Source of the DNA: an uncultured bacterium
Lineage (GTDB): Bacteria; Acidobacteriota; HRBIN11; JAKEFK01
Direction of reading: 5' to 3'
Length of the DNA: 64,000 nucleotides
Assembly (NCBI GenBank): GCA_963777505.1
Contig: CAVZQN010000006.1
Coordinates: 64,001-128,000, forward strand
In this document: positions 1 through 9,460 of the stretch, piece by piece
How the letters are laid out: each line of letters begins with the position of its first letter
How positions within the stretch are numbered: the stretch's first letter is position 1
Program-made: the position numbers and the translations under genes
Notes under the pieces: generated by a model
Databases searched by the model: none
Told to the model about the DNA's origin: nothing
What the model saw: the letters and a program-made list of their open reading frames with translations, nothing else

Positions 1-598
1 TCTGCCTGATTTGACCGCACCTGCAAAGGATGAAGCATTTGAGCAGGCTCGTTCCAAAAACGGCGAGCTGCTGGCAGCTCGAAAATCCGTAGAAAAGTCT
101 AGTCATGCCGTGGCTGCTGCGCGCTACGAATACATTCCTGACGTCTCTCTTTATGTGAGGTATAGCTATCAGGACGGCGCGCCGTTCATTGAGAAAGATA
201 TCACCACCGTGGGTGCTCAGCTGAGCTGGAACATTTTTGACTGGGGAAAACGGAAGGGTGAAATCGGCCAACGCGTTGCTCAACAGTCGCAGGCCGAAGA
301 GAACCTGGAACGAATTGAAAAGCGCGTTTTGATTGACATCGATAAGGTATATCGGAAACTGGACCGCACTAAACAAATGATGGATGTTGCACGCGAGTCG
401 CTTTCGCTTTGCAGGGAAAATACGCGGCTCAGCGAAAACAGTTTGAAGGTGGGCGCCGTGACAACGGCAAAATATGCCGAAACTCTGGCTACGTTGAAAA
501 AGGCGGAAATGCAGGATCTTGCGGCTTCTCTGGATTATCGCCTTACACTGGCTGAACTGGAGAAAACAATCGGATCGCTTGCACCAACTTCCAAGTAA
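1..598 (+). CDS. TolC-family outer membrane efflux protein, C-terminal part (5' end outside window)
   Basis: OEP-repeat-like 'YEYIPDVSLYVRYSY...GAQLSWNIFDWGKR' and C-terminal 'DYRLTLAELEKTIG'. Confidence 0.85.
   Translation, partial: LPDLTAPAKDEAFEQARSKNGELLAARKSVEKSSHAVAAARYEYIPDVSLYVRYSYQDGAPFIEKDITTVGAQLSWNIFDWGKRKGEIGQRVAQQSQAEENLERIEKRVLIDIDKVYRKLDRTKQMMDVARESLSLCRENTRLSENSLKVGAVTTAKYAETLATLKKAEMQDLAASLDYRLTLAELEKTIGSLAPTSK
425..573 (+). repeat. Copy 1 of a degenerate ~145-bp direct repeat (3' end of the tolC-like gene)
   Basis: Aligns by eye to 2904-3047; shares e.g. CTTCTCTGGATTATCGCCTTACAC and TGAAAAAGGCGGA. Confidence 0.85.
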
Positions 599-618
599 GT
601 ATTATGAGTAACGAAGAG

Positions 619-647
619 TGTCGAAAAAAACAATCGACAATTGTCAA
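619..647 (+). promoter_or_regulatory. TGTC/GACA upstream motif (putative activator-binding site), copy A
   Basis: TGTCGAAAAAAACAATCGACAATTGTCAA, near-identical to 5044-5071. Confidence 0.6.
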
Positions 648-672
648 CACACACATCGTGAGGAGCACGGCC

Positions 673-2450
673 ATGAATAGAACCAAACTAGCAGTCCTTT
701 CGGTTGCCGCATGTTTGCTTACTTTTTCGGCGGCGGTGTCTATGAGCACGCAGCAAGCGGGGGCTCCACAGGCGTCGAGCGACCCCATCATCTACCTCGA
801 CCAGGGTTGGTCGCAAGATGACCGCGACTGGTACTATCATTTTTCGCAGGGCTCGGCGGTGCTGTCGTACGACATCTATTTGAACCTAGAGGTCGCCGGC
901 AGCCAGGACCTGCTCCGGTCCGGCGCGCGCTACGGCCTGCTCCCTGGACCCGTGAACCCGTACAATCCGGATGGGTTGCCGATAGGCATCAGCAAAACGA
1001 CGGTTGCGACCCCGATCAAAGGCTGGCCAGCCGGCGACTATGCTGGCGTCACCTGTGCGGCGTGCCACGAAGGGCGAGCTGAACGTACAAGGGCAAGCGC
1101 ATTCGTATTCACGGTGGGAATTCGCATACGATCGATCTGCAGGCTCTCGCTCGGGGTCTCGACGATGCGCTGCAAGCGACGCTGACCGACGCAGCGAAAT
1201 TCAACCGTTTGGCGGCGCGGCTCGGAGCGTCGAGCACGGATGCCAAGGACAAGCTGCGCAAGCGAGTCGAGAGCGAGGCGGTTCGGGTGCACGAGTATGC
1301 GACCCGAACCGCTGTCAGCCCTCACCTGTGGGGACCCGGACGCATGGATGCCGTCTCATTGATTGTGGCTCGCACGACGTCTGAGTTGACGGGAATTCCA
1401 CAAAACTGGTCCCCCGGCATCGCACCCGCAAAACCGCCGTTCCTTTGGAATGCTCCGCAGGGACGATGGGCGCAGTGGGGTGGGTATGCCTGCGAGCCGA
1501 TCAGCCGCAACTTGGGAGAGACGATGGGCGTCTACCTGCCCATTGACCTGAGCTCCAAGACTCCGGCCGAAGGGTTGTTCCAGTCGAACGCCGCGCTTCT
1601 CGAACTTCAGCGGGTGGAAAACCAATTGGCACGGCTGGCGCCGCCAAGCTGGCCAGAAGACGTGTTTGGCAGGATTGATCGTGACAAAGCCAAGGCCGGC
1701 AAGGCGCTGTTCGTGGAATATTGCGCAAGCTGTCACAATGTCTGGCCTTATCGGTGGACCGAACCGAACAAATACGGCAAGCGCTTCATCTCGGTGGGAC
1801 TCGTCCCGCAAACCTACGTCGGCACAGACAGAGCACAGTTCGATGCCGTGAAACCCCTTGGCATTACCGGCCATCTGAGCAATTATCCTGCCCGGAGAGT
1901 TCCGCGGCACGCCGATGCTGCCAAAGTTTCTGTTCAATCTCTTGATTGGGGACGCGGTTCTGCAGACGGCGCTGCAGAAACTCAAGCTGACCGAAGCCCA
2001 GCTGATAGACCTGTACGGTTATCGCGAGATGCCTCCGCCCCCTCCCCCAGAGGGCGTCTACAAGGCAGCCCCGCGCGACGGTGTTTGGGCAACGGCCCCC
2101 TTCATGCACAACGGATCGGTGCCCAACCTCTATGAGATGCTGATTCCGGCGGCCGAGCGCACGAAGAAGTTTTATGTCGGAGGCGACTTCGATCCGGTTA
2201 AGGTCGGGCTCGACCCCGGTGCAACGTCTGGCAGCTTTTCTGATGGACACGACGCTGCTCGGGAACTCGAACGCCGGTCACTCCTTCCAGAATGGTCCGC
2301 GCGGTGAGGGCATTGTCGGCCCGTTGTTGACCGATGATCAGCGCTGGGCGCTTGTCGAGTACCTGAAATCGATTCCTGAAGAACCCGGTCGTATCACGCC
2401 GTTTGGCGGTTTCCCGGAATCCACTAAACTCAACACAGAGGTGAATTATA
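673..2450 (+). CDS. Secreted di-heme cytochrome c peroxidase / RoxA-like protein (frameshifted near 1075-1140, ~1890, ~2240; 3' end approximate)
   Basis: AGGAG RBS at 661, signal peptide, two CxxCH motifs (CAACH, CASCH), WATAPFMHNGSVPNL, GNSNAGHSF and 'ALVEYLKSI' spread over ORFs 604-1185, 1209-2135, 1915-2307 and 2174-2911. Confidence 0.8.
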
Positions 2451-2460
2451 GGAGAGTGTT

Positions 2461-2911
2461 ATGTCAGATCACATCGGGACGTTTCGCCATTCCCTGTGGC
2501 GTGGGTGTTTTTTTCAACTTGGAGTGCTTTGGGGAGAGCTCGTTCCTGAGCATGATTCGCTCCATTTTGAGCGGCGATCCAGAAGTGCGTTGGCGCCTCG
2601 CTGACGTGCGACTTCCCAGAGAAGATATGGCCGAAGCAGAAGTGCACATGCAGGCCGCCCACTTTGGGTTTGAGGCTGTTCTTGAACGGCACTTGCTCGC
2701 ATTTTCAGATCACGGGGCGGAGTTCTATGCCGGAAGCGGTTATGATTGGCGCCGAGCGCTGGACCTGGCGCGCGTCAATGTGGCGAACCGACCGACGGTG
2801 CGCGCCTTCAAGCAGGCTTACGATACCGCAGTGCACGCCGGCGATACGGAAGTTGCTTCTCAAATCGTCGCAGACGCCACGAGGCGATGGGGAAGCGCCA
2901 CAGCGGATTAG
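2461..2911 (+). pseudogene. Deletion relic: first codons of a DUF4331-like gene (MSDHI) joined to internal and C-terminal parts of a TPR gene paralogous to 9457-10497
   Basis: GGAG RBS + ATGTCAGATCAC matches the start of 7555 (ATGTCAGATCAT); then RDVSPFPVAWVFF/QLGVLWGELVPE, DPEVRWRLAD and LAFSDHGAEFY, which align with the 9457 protein. Confidence 0.65.
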
Positions 2912-3047
2912 CGCAAACAGCCTAGGGTCGGTTCCGTGACAACGCAAAAAACGGCGAAACGCTTGCCGCGCTGAAAAAGGCGGAGTTGCAGGATCTCGCC
3001 ACTTCTCTGGATTATCGCCTTACACAGGCCGAACTGCAGAACAATCG
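2904..3047 (+). repeat. Copy 2 of the degenerate direct repeat (decayed tolC 3' end)
   Basis: Same core as 425-573, with indels; encodes LKKAELQDLATSLDYRLTQAELQ. Confidence 0.85.
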
Positions 3048-3199
3048 TTCTTCGTTTCAATTTGCCTGATTTTCCACTATCAGGAGTACACTGATGATAT
3101 GCCTGAGGATCCTTTGAGAACTCCCGGCCCTAACAGCAAAGTGGTCTGGAGAAAAGGTTCTGACGCCTCTGCTCCCTTCGCGGCGCTTCAATGCTTTTC

Positions 3200-3811
3200 C
3201 TACTCCGGCAATCCCGGAGACTGGTGATCGTGCAGTTCCTGCCCAACGATGGAAAGTAGGATCGCGACCTGCGCGTAGCTGGCGATCAAGACGCTATAGT
3301 GAAGTAACTCTTCTTCGCCAAAAAGCGCCAGGGCTCTCGCGTACGTCGCTGGCGTAACCTGCTTCGCCCCCACCGCCTCGCGCGCGAGATGAATGAGCGC
3401 AGCCTCTCTTTCTGGTACATCTGCAAGCGGCCTGCCGTGACGGATCATGTCGATGGTCGCAGCGGGAACACCCAGTTCCAGCGCGACCGGTTCATGCATG
3501 GCCCACTCGAACTGGCTTTGCATCTCCCGCGCGGTGGCGAGAATGGTTAACTCAACCAAGCGCGCATCAAGCCCCAGCTCGGAACGCAGCATACGGTTGA
3601 GGTCGTCCAGGGACTGGGCGAGCTTGGGCATGCGCAGGATCACTCCGCCAGGCCCCTTGATGCCCGCGAGATTCAAGTGTCCCGAACGTGGCGCCGCCAG
3701 CCGGTCGTAGGCCTTCTGCTGTGCCATGTTCAAGGTCTCGCGTTTCAGCGGTGGCAAGCGCGAGAGGGTTTCGGGATACACATCGGCGGGAAGTTGTCTT
3801 GCGGTTGCCAT
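3200..3811 (-). CDS. Carboxymuconolactone decarboxylase (CMD/AhpD-like) family protein
   Basis: 'LVELTILATAREMQSQFEWAMHEPVA' is typical of the CMD-like family; start adjacent to the dioxygenase stop. Confidence 0.75.
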   Translation of the reverse strand: MATARQLPADVYPETLSRLPPLKRETLNMAQQKAYDRLAAPRSGHLNLAGIKGPGGVILRMPKLAQSLDDLNRMLRSELGLDARLVELTILATAREMQSQFEWAMHEPVALELGVPAATIDMIRHGRPLADVPEREAALIHLAREAVGAKQVTPATYARALALFGEEELLHYSVLIASYAQVAILLSIVGQELHDHQSPGLPE

Positions 3812-3812
3812 G

Positions 3813-4676
3813 TCATGCCTGCGCAGGCTTGAGCACAAAGTCGTAGTGCATCCGATAAAACGGCGCTTCGACCTGGTATTTCGCCGCTTCTTCACGCGTC
3901 TTAACGCGCTCACAGTCGACCACCAACGATTCTTTCACCCCAAACACCGCATCCGAATCGAGGTATTGGTCGCCTGTGACGAACAACTGCGTCACCAGAC
4001 GCTCGTGCCCTGGGGCGCTGATCATGAAATGCAAATGCGCGGCGCGCATGTTATGCCGCTTGGTGGCCTCCAGCATGGCACCCACTGGCCCGTCGGGTGG
4101 TATCCCATAGTTCACCGGTCGCACCGCCCGGAACCAAAACTGGCCTGAAGCATCCGTCCGCAGCCGTGCCCGCAGGCTGAGACCGTTGGGTTTTTGCAAA
4201 TCGTACAGCCCGTCACCGTCGGCTTCCCAGAAATCCACCACTGCGCCCGCCAGCGGGGTGCCGTCGAGGCTTGCGACACTGCCGGTGATCACGCAAGGCT
4301 CGCCATCGCTTGAGTGCTTGGCAAGATTACTCCCCAGCGGGAGTTCCGGTGCGACCTCGACGAAGGCTGGCCCGAGCAGGTCCGACTCGGTGGCATTGCC
4401 AACCTTTCCATGATTGATGAGGTCGACCAGCATCGACACCCCAAGCGTGTCCGAGAGCAGAACGAACTCCTGCCGCTTGTCATCACACTTCTGGCCAACC
4501 GCCGTGAGGAACTGGATACCGGCCATCAATTCCTCCCAGGTTGGCCGTACCTCACGCACAAAGCTGTGCAGATGCTTGACCAGACTGGTCATGATCTGCC
4601 GCAGACGCGGGTCGGGTGTTGCGGCAACGCGGTCGGTAACCGCTTCCATCAGGGTCTGTTCGTTGTAGTCACTCAT
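3813..4676 (-). CDS. Intradiol ring-cleavage dioxygenase (hydroxyquinol/catechol 1,2-dioxygenase type)
   Basis: RQEFVLLSDTLGVS; Fe ligands Tyr (GLYD), Tyr (NYGIP) and His-x-His (RAAHLHF); strong AGGAGG RBS. Confidence 0.9.
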   Translation of the reverse strand: MSDYNEQTLMEAVTDRVAATPDPRLRQIMTSLVKHLHSFVREVRPTWEELMAGIQFLTAVGQKCDDKRQEFVLLSDTLGVSMLVDLINHGKVGNATESDLLGPAFVEVAPELPLGSNLAKHSSDGEPCVITGSVASLDGTPLAGAVVDFWEADGDGLYDLQKPNGLSLRARLRTDASGQFWFRAVRPVNYGIPPDGPVGAMLEATKRHNMRAAHLHFMISAPGHERLVTQLFVTGDQYLDSDAVFGVKESLVVDCERVKTREEAAKYQVEAPFYRMHYDFVLKPAQA

Positions 4677-4732
4677 GTCTTCCTCCTTTTCGACTAAATT
4701 CATCGATTGAAATTCGAACTACACTCCATTAG

Positions 4733-4748
4733 TGCAAAAACCGCACCA
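4733..4748 (-). promoter_or_regulatory. Sigma54 (-24/-12) promoter for the dioxygenase-CMD pair
   Basis: Minus strand TGGTGC-GGTTT-TTGCA, GG-N10-GC spacing. Confidence 0.6.
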
Positions 4749-5043
4749 TGTTTATGGCTTAGCCCTAAAGACGGTAAACGCCGAAGCGACTGGATGATCC
4801 ACCTGTCAAACGCATTGTCTTTGGTCAATGTTTCTTGCGGTGATGCTGTTGTTGAAAAGTAAGTCACTCCCCAGGAGGTATTAGCCGCCACTAAAGAGGT
4901 TGGCCCCTTTCATTTCCACAATTACTACTCCTATAATACTACCTTTGTAGCAACTTTTTTCTTGAAGCAACTTGCCTCAAAACCTCCTTCGTGTCCTCAT
5001 GACTTGATTTAAACAAATCCAAATCTCCTTTCAGTAAATAAAA

Positions 5044-5097
5044 TGTCAAAAAAACATTTGACAATTGTCAATTTTTCTTTGGTCAAAATTTGACAAA
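5044..5097 (+). promoter_or_regulatory. TGTC/GACA upstream motif array, copy B (putative enhancer)
   Basis: TGTCAAA-N6-TTTGACA overlapping the palindrome TTGACAATTGTCAA, followed by GTCAAAATTTGAC. Confidence 0.65.
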
Positions 5098-5123
5098 TTA
5101 CCGAGCGGTAGTCGATGCGTTTA

Positions 5124-5139
5124 TGGCACATCGCTTGCT
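5124..5139 (+). promoter_or_regulatory. Sigma54 promoter of the DyP-DUF4331 operon
   Basis: TGGCAC-ATCGC-TTGCT, a consensus -24/-12 element. Confidence 0.8.
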
Positions 5140-5281
5140 CAAGTCCCATGCGAGTGCGTGAATCGTTAGGTACAAGCTAGAACGGCTAATACGCGGTTTT
5201 GGCCGGATCAGAGCTCGAACGGTTCGAGTTGTTCGGTCCCCTTCACGCATCACATCAAAAAAAAAGGAGAGTTATTTCAAA

Positions 5282-6025
5282 ATGAGTCAGAAACAACAGA
5301 TAACAACAGAGCAATCTGCACCAAACACATCTGCCGGCGGGTATGACCTGCGTCACCCCGGCCTGGTCATGAAGGGCGCAAACGGTGAGGAGATCCACGA
5401 GTTCACGGGCATGTGGCCCCTTAAGCCCGATGCCGACCTTGTGGACATGGAGAATGCCCTAAGCCGCGAGGCCCCTTTCTGGACAGGCCCTGGAAAGACG
5501 TTCGCCGAGGCGACGACGATGCTTGGTCTCATCAGGACGGCCCGCTGGTTCGTCGGCACCAGCACCGAGTTCGGTCCCACCCTCTACTTCATCTCGCAGT
5601 TCGATAGCAGCCTCGAGAAGTACTTCGATGACTTCGTGCTCAACGGAAAGGAGAACCTGTTGAAGGCCTGGGGCACATGCATCGGCTGTCCGACCGGCCC
5701 CGACGCGACGGCGCGCGACATCGTGAATTACATCGCACGCGGGCAGATCAAGACCATGGTCTGTTACGACGCTCTTCCGAGCCTGAACTTAGGCCAGATC
5801 CAAAAGATGGCCGACTGGTACGAGAAGACGCAGAAGTTCCAGCGTGCGGTCGCCAAAGGAGGCGGCAATCTCGAGGACAAGGTCAACGCTTTCTTCAGCG
5901 AGCTGGCCAAGCCCTACGAGTTCATCCAGAGCGGTGCCGCTATCGATACCGACGTGGCCAACCAGCCGCAATACACCGACGTCCCCGAGCGGTTGGGCGT
6001 GAAAAAGAACCCGCAAAGGTCCTGA
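5282..6025 (+). CDS. Uncharacterised DyP-associated protein (possible dimeric alpha+beta barrel)
   Basis: Strong RBS AAAAGGAGA, C/G-ending codon bias; 'LYFISQFDSSLEKYFDDFV' resembles the F-D-x-x-x-x-x-Y-x-D-D-F proteins I recall next to DyP genes. Confidence 0.7.
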   Translation: MSQKQQITTEQSAPNTSAGGYDLRHPGLVMKGANGEEIHEFTGMWPLKPDADLVDMENALSREAPFWTGPGKTFAEATTMLGLIRTARWFVGTSTEFGPTLYFISQFDSSLEKYFDDFVLNGKENLLKAWGTCIGCPTGPDATARDIVNYIARGQIKTMVCYDALPSLNLGQIQKMADWYEKTQKFQRAVAKGGGNLEDKVNAFFSELAKPYEFIQSGAAIDTDVANQPQYTDVPERLGVKKNPQRS

Positions 6026-6039
6026 ATCGGCGGCAGGTG

Positions 6040-6071
6040 GATCGGCCTTGGGCGACCACCCAAGGTCGATC
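6040..6071 (+). terminator. 13-bp intergenic stem-loop without a U-tract (mRNA stabiliser or partial terminator)
   Basis: GATCGGCCTTGGG-CGACCA-CCCAAGGTCGATC. Confidence 0.5.
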
Positions 6072-6120
6072 TTATCCGCTCAGTAATGGTGAGTACTTTT
6101 GCAGTTAGGAGGATAACAAA

Positions 6121-7533
6121 ATGCAAACTTTAATTTCTCTCAGATCTGCTGATCTGAAAAATAATCTTCATGACATTCAGGACAATGTCGTGGCGCCTAT
6201 CTTGATGCGTTACGGACGTCACATTTTCTTCAAGTTTCTTGACGGTGCAAAAGCGCGTACGTGGCTGAGTAACATGTTCAAACGCGTCAACACGCGTCAG
6301 GAAGAGCATGGTATCCGATTCACAGTCAACATCGGATTCACTTACGAAGGGCTGAAGGCGCTCGGGCTTGTCTCAGCCTTCGCTGAACAGCTTTCCCGGT
6401 GGCGTTCCGGCTCGGAATGCGGGGGCGCGCCCATGAAGTGGGTGATGTTGGATCGCATGCGCCCGAACATTGGGAAGGGGGTCTCGGCGGTCCAGACATT
6501 CATGCTATGGGATGGATTCGAACGGATTCTGACCAGGGCCGCGAAGAGGCAATGCGGATCATTCGCGCCGAGATGGAGGCTACAGGTGGCGTTGAGATTC
6601 GCTTCGTGCAGGATACGATGGCGCTCGCGCATCAAAACGGAATCGGCTCCGAGGGCGAACATTTCGGTTTTGCTGATCCGATTTCACAGCCGCCGATCGA
6701 AGGTGCAGACGTGCCATGGTATCCGGGCGATGGAGTGCAGCAGGAGGATGGAACTTGGCGTCCACTAAAACCGGGCGAGTTCCTGCTCGGCTATGAGGAT
6801 GAGGTAGGCCCGCCCGGTACGCAGACCCCCGAACCATTCGAATTGCGACGCAATGGAACGTACATGGTATTCCGCAAACTGTATCAGGATGTGGCTGCGT
6901 TTCGCCGATATCTGGCGACCGCTGCGAAGTCTCTGTACGGCAACGATGACAAAGATCATCAGGATCTGGTAGCCGCCAAAATGATGGGGCGATGGCGCAG
7001 TGGTTGTCCGGTTGATCTGTCTCCCGATAAAGACGACCTCGCGATCGCAGCGGATCCTGAGCGTCGTAACAATTTCACATATGCAGGCGACGAACAAGGT
7101 CTGCGGTGTCCGATCGGTTCGCATCTGCGCCGTAGCAACCCGCGGGCTACACCGTTGAAACGCGCGACCGCGGTAAGACGTCACCGATTGATCAGACGCG
7201 GCGTGGAGTACGGCCCGCATCTGCTGGACGGGATGCTTGAGGACGATGGTGTGGATCGTGGCCTGATCAATCTTTTCATCAATGCCGACATTGAACGCCA
7301 GTTCGAATTCGTCCAGAAGGAATGGATGAAGGGCGGTGAGTTCCTCGGGCTAGATCCGAGCGAGCAGGATCCGATCAACGGCGTGGGCGGCGAAGGCTTC
7401 GCAGATGTCGGTGCCTGGCGCTACACGACCGTTCCTATTTGATTTGCCCACATTCGTGCATGTAAAAGGTGGCGAATATTTATTCGTCCCTGGCCTCAAT
7501 GCACTGAAAGGCATTATCGAACAAAAATTCTGA
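6121..7533 (+). CDS. Dye-decolorising (DyP-type) heme peroxidase, frameshifted near 6370-6400 and ~7400
   Basis: DIQDNV, VNIGFTYEGLKALG, EHFGFADPISQP, GEFLLGY, NGTYMVFRKLYQDV, proximal His in GSHLRRSNPR, distal Arg in LIRRGVEYG, C-terminal FVHVKGGEYLFVPG. Confidence 0.9.
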
Positions 7534-7554
7534 TTAAACAAGGAGTAAATCAAA

Positions 7555-8676
7555 ATGTCAGATCATTTCAGTGGTCCAGCGGTGATAGGCGATCCATCGA
7601 TCGATATCACCGATTTTTACGCGTTTCCCAGCCCCGAAAAACCCGGGAATCTTGTCCTCATCATGAATGTATTTCCGATGGCAAACGTGCAGTCTTTTTT
7701 CAGCGATGTTCTCACTCACCGCTTTCGACTACGGCCGCTAACACGGTCGGGAGGCAACATTACATATGGTGCGGCGGAATATTCGATTGATTTCACGTTT
7801 AATGATGTGCCGGAGGGAAGCTCAGTTCAGAAGGGCAGTGTCATCACGTCAGACGGGCACGAGGCGAGCTTCGTAGTTGGCGAATCATTAGAAAAGAACG
7901 GTATCCGCGTCTTTACCGGACTCGTCAGCGACCCATTCTTCATGGATGTCGAGGCGACGGTCCGCACGGATCTTTCCGGCAAAATGTCCTTTGACACCGC
8001 CGCAAACACGGTTCAGTTGCGAGACGTGTTGTCGATCGTCATCGAGATTCCGTTCGCACCTATAGTCAAACGTTTCGAGGGCAATACACTTGTTGGCGTC
8101 ATTGCGGAAAACATTGTGTCCCGGCCTGGCAGGGCGATCCGGATCGAACGTTTCGGGCGGGCGGAGATCAAAAACGTCGTTTTGAGGAACGCGAGTCGCG
8201 ATCCACGCACGAAGGGTGTTGAGCTACGAGATCTATATAATAAGGAAGATGCCTTTGCGCTCTCCGAGGAATATCGACCGTTCTATGAGTCGCGTATGGA
8301 CGCGAACCTGGCTTTCTTCGATAGTCTTGACCAAAAAACCGCATGGCCTTTAACGCCAGATGGGCACCATCCCTTACGCGATCTGCTGATCGACGACTAC
8401 ACGATCCTCGACCTTGCTCATCCATTCGCACCGGGCAATTTCCTCGAAATTGAACGGGCGATCCTCGATGGCCAACCTCACAAAAGCAGTGGTGGTCGTT
8501 GGCTTGATGATGACATCCTGGATGACTTGCTCACCTTGATGGTGAATGGCGCGCGAGGCGAGCGGTTCGGTGACGGAGTCGATGTTCCCACAAAGCCCGC
8601 CAGTTTGTCGTTTCCTTATGTGCGTGAACCAAACAATCGAACTGACTTGCCGCTTCCGGCATTTTTGAGAGGTTAA
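7555..8676 (+). CDS. DUF4331 family protein (no signal peptide)
   Basis: MSDHFSGP, DITDFYAFPSP, VFTGLVSDPFFMD, RIERFGR, GGRWLDDD, FPY near the C-terminus. Confidence 0.8.
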   Translation: MSDHFSGPAVIGDPSIDITDFYAFPSPEKPGNLVLIMNVFPMANVQSFFSDVLTHRFRLRPLTRSGGNITYGAAEYSIDFTFNDVPEGSSVQKGSVITSDGHEASFVVGESLEKNGIRVFTGLVSDPFFMDVEATVRTDLSGKMSFDTAANTVQLRDVLSIVIEIPFAPIVKRFEGNTLVGVIAENIVSRPGRAIRIERFGRAEIKNVVLRNASRDPRTKGVELRDLYNKEDAFALSEEYRPFYESRMDANLAFFDSLDQKTAWPLTPDGHHPLRDLLIDDYTILDLAHPFAPGNFLEIERAILDGQPHKSSGGRWLDDDILDDLLTLMVNGARGERFGDGVDVPTKPASLSFPYVREPNNRTDLPLPAFLRG

Positions 8677-8677
8677 T

Positions 8678-9460
8678 ATGACTATGTTAAAAAGCAAAGG
8701 CGCGGTCGTGACTGGTGCTGCATCTGGCATCGGAAAAGCGATCGCAACAGCATTTCTCGAAGCCGGTGCAAGCGTGCTGCTCTGCGATGTAAACGCGAAA
8801 GCACTGGAAACCGTTGTCAGCGAGCTTGGTGCTCGTGCCAAGGGCCAGGTCACTGATGTGTCGGACGAAAATCAAGTTGAAGGCGCTATGCGCCAGGCAC
8901 GCACTGCCTTCGGCTCATTGGATATCGTAGTGAATTGCGCCGGCTTTGGTGCGATTGCACCGCTTATTGAATTGACTGCTGAAAAGTGGAAATCCGTTCA
9001 GGCAGTGACTCTTGGTGGAGTCTTCTACGGTGTGAAACATGCCGCTCTGCAAATGCTTGAGCAAGGACGTCCGGGCGTCATCATCAATATCTCATCGGTG
9101 AACGGACGGCAGCCCGGTGAAGGTCAGGTGGCTTATTGTGCGGCCAAGGCCGGCGTGGACATGATCACGCGATGCGGCGCGCTGGAGCTTGGCAGTACCG
9201 GTATTCGTGTCGTCGGCATTGCGCCAGGTATGGTGGAGACGCCGTTGACAAAGAAGGAGTTGGAAAATCCAGCGATGCGTGAGCTATTCATGAGCTGCAT
9301 CCCGATGAGGCGTGCGGTTGAAGCGCAAGAGATTGCAGCGGCCGCAGTATTTCTCGCTTCCGATGGCGCCAGATCGATCAACGGCGAAACGATCGCCATC
9401 GACGGTGGCTCGTTGACACGCGGCTATCCGGCATTACTGACAGGGTTGAAAAAGTCATGA
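8678..9460 (+). CDS. Short-chain dehydrogenase/reductase
   Basis: TGAASGIG, NCAG, YCAAK, IDGG motifs. Confidence 0.95.
   Translation: MTMLKSKGAVVTGAASGIGKAIATAFLEAGASVLLCDVNAKALETVVSELGARAKGQVTDVSDENQVEGAMRQARTAFGSLDIVVNCAGFGAIAPLIELTAEKWKSVQAVTLGGVFYGVKHAALQMLEQGRPGVIINISSVNGRQPGEGQVAYCAAKAGVDMITRCGALELGSTGIRVVGIAPGMVETPLTKKELENPAMRELFMSCIPMRRAVEAQEIAAAAVFLASDGARSINGETIAIDGGSLTRGYPALLTGLKKS

Noticed and set aside
2174-2911. Apparent cytochrome-TPR fusion ORF
   Set aside because: It runs through an RBS and a deletion scar where the conserved TPR motifs lie in other frames; the read-through is coincidental.
4900-5035. AT-rich stretch with several RBS-like sequences and a ~25-codon minus-strand ORF
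   Set aside because: No recognisable motif or convincing start; cannot be supported as a gene or sRNA.
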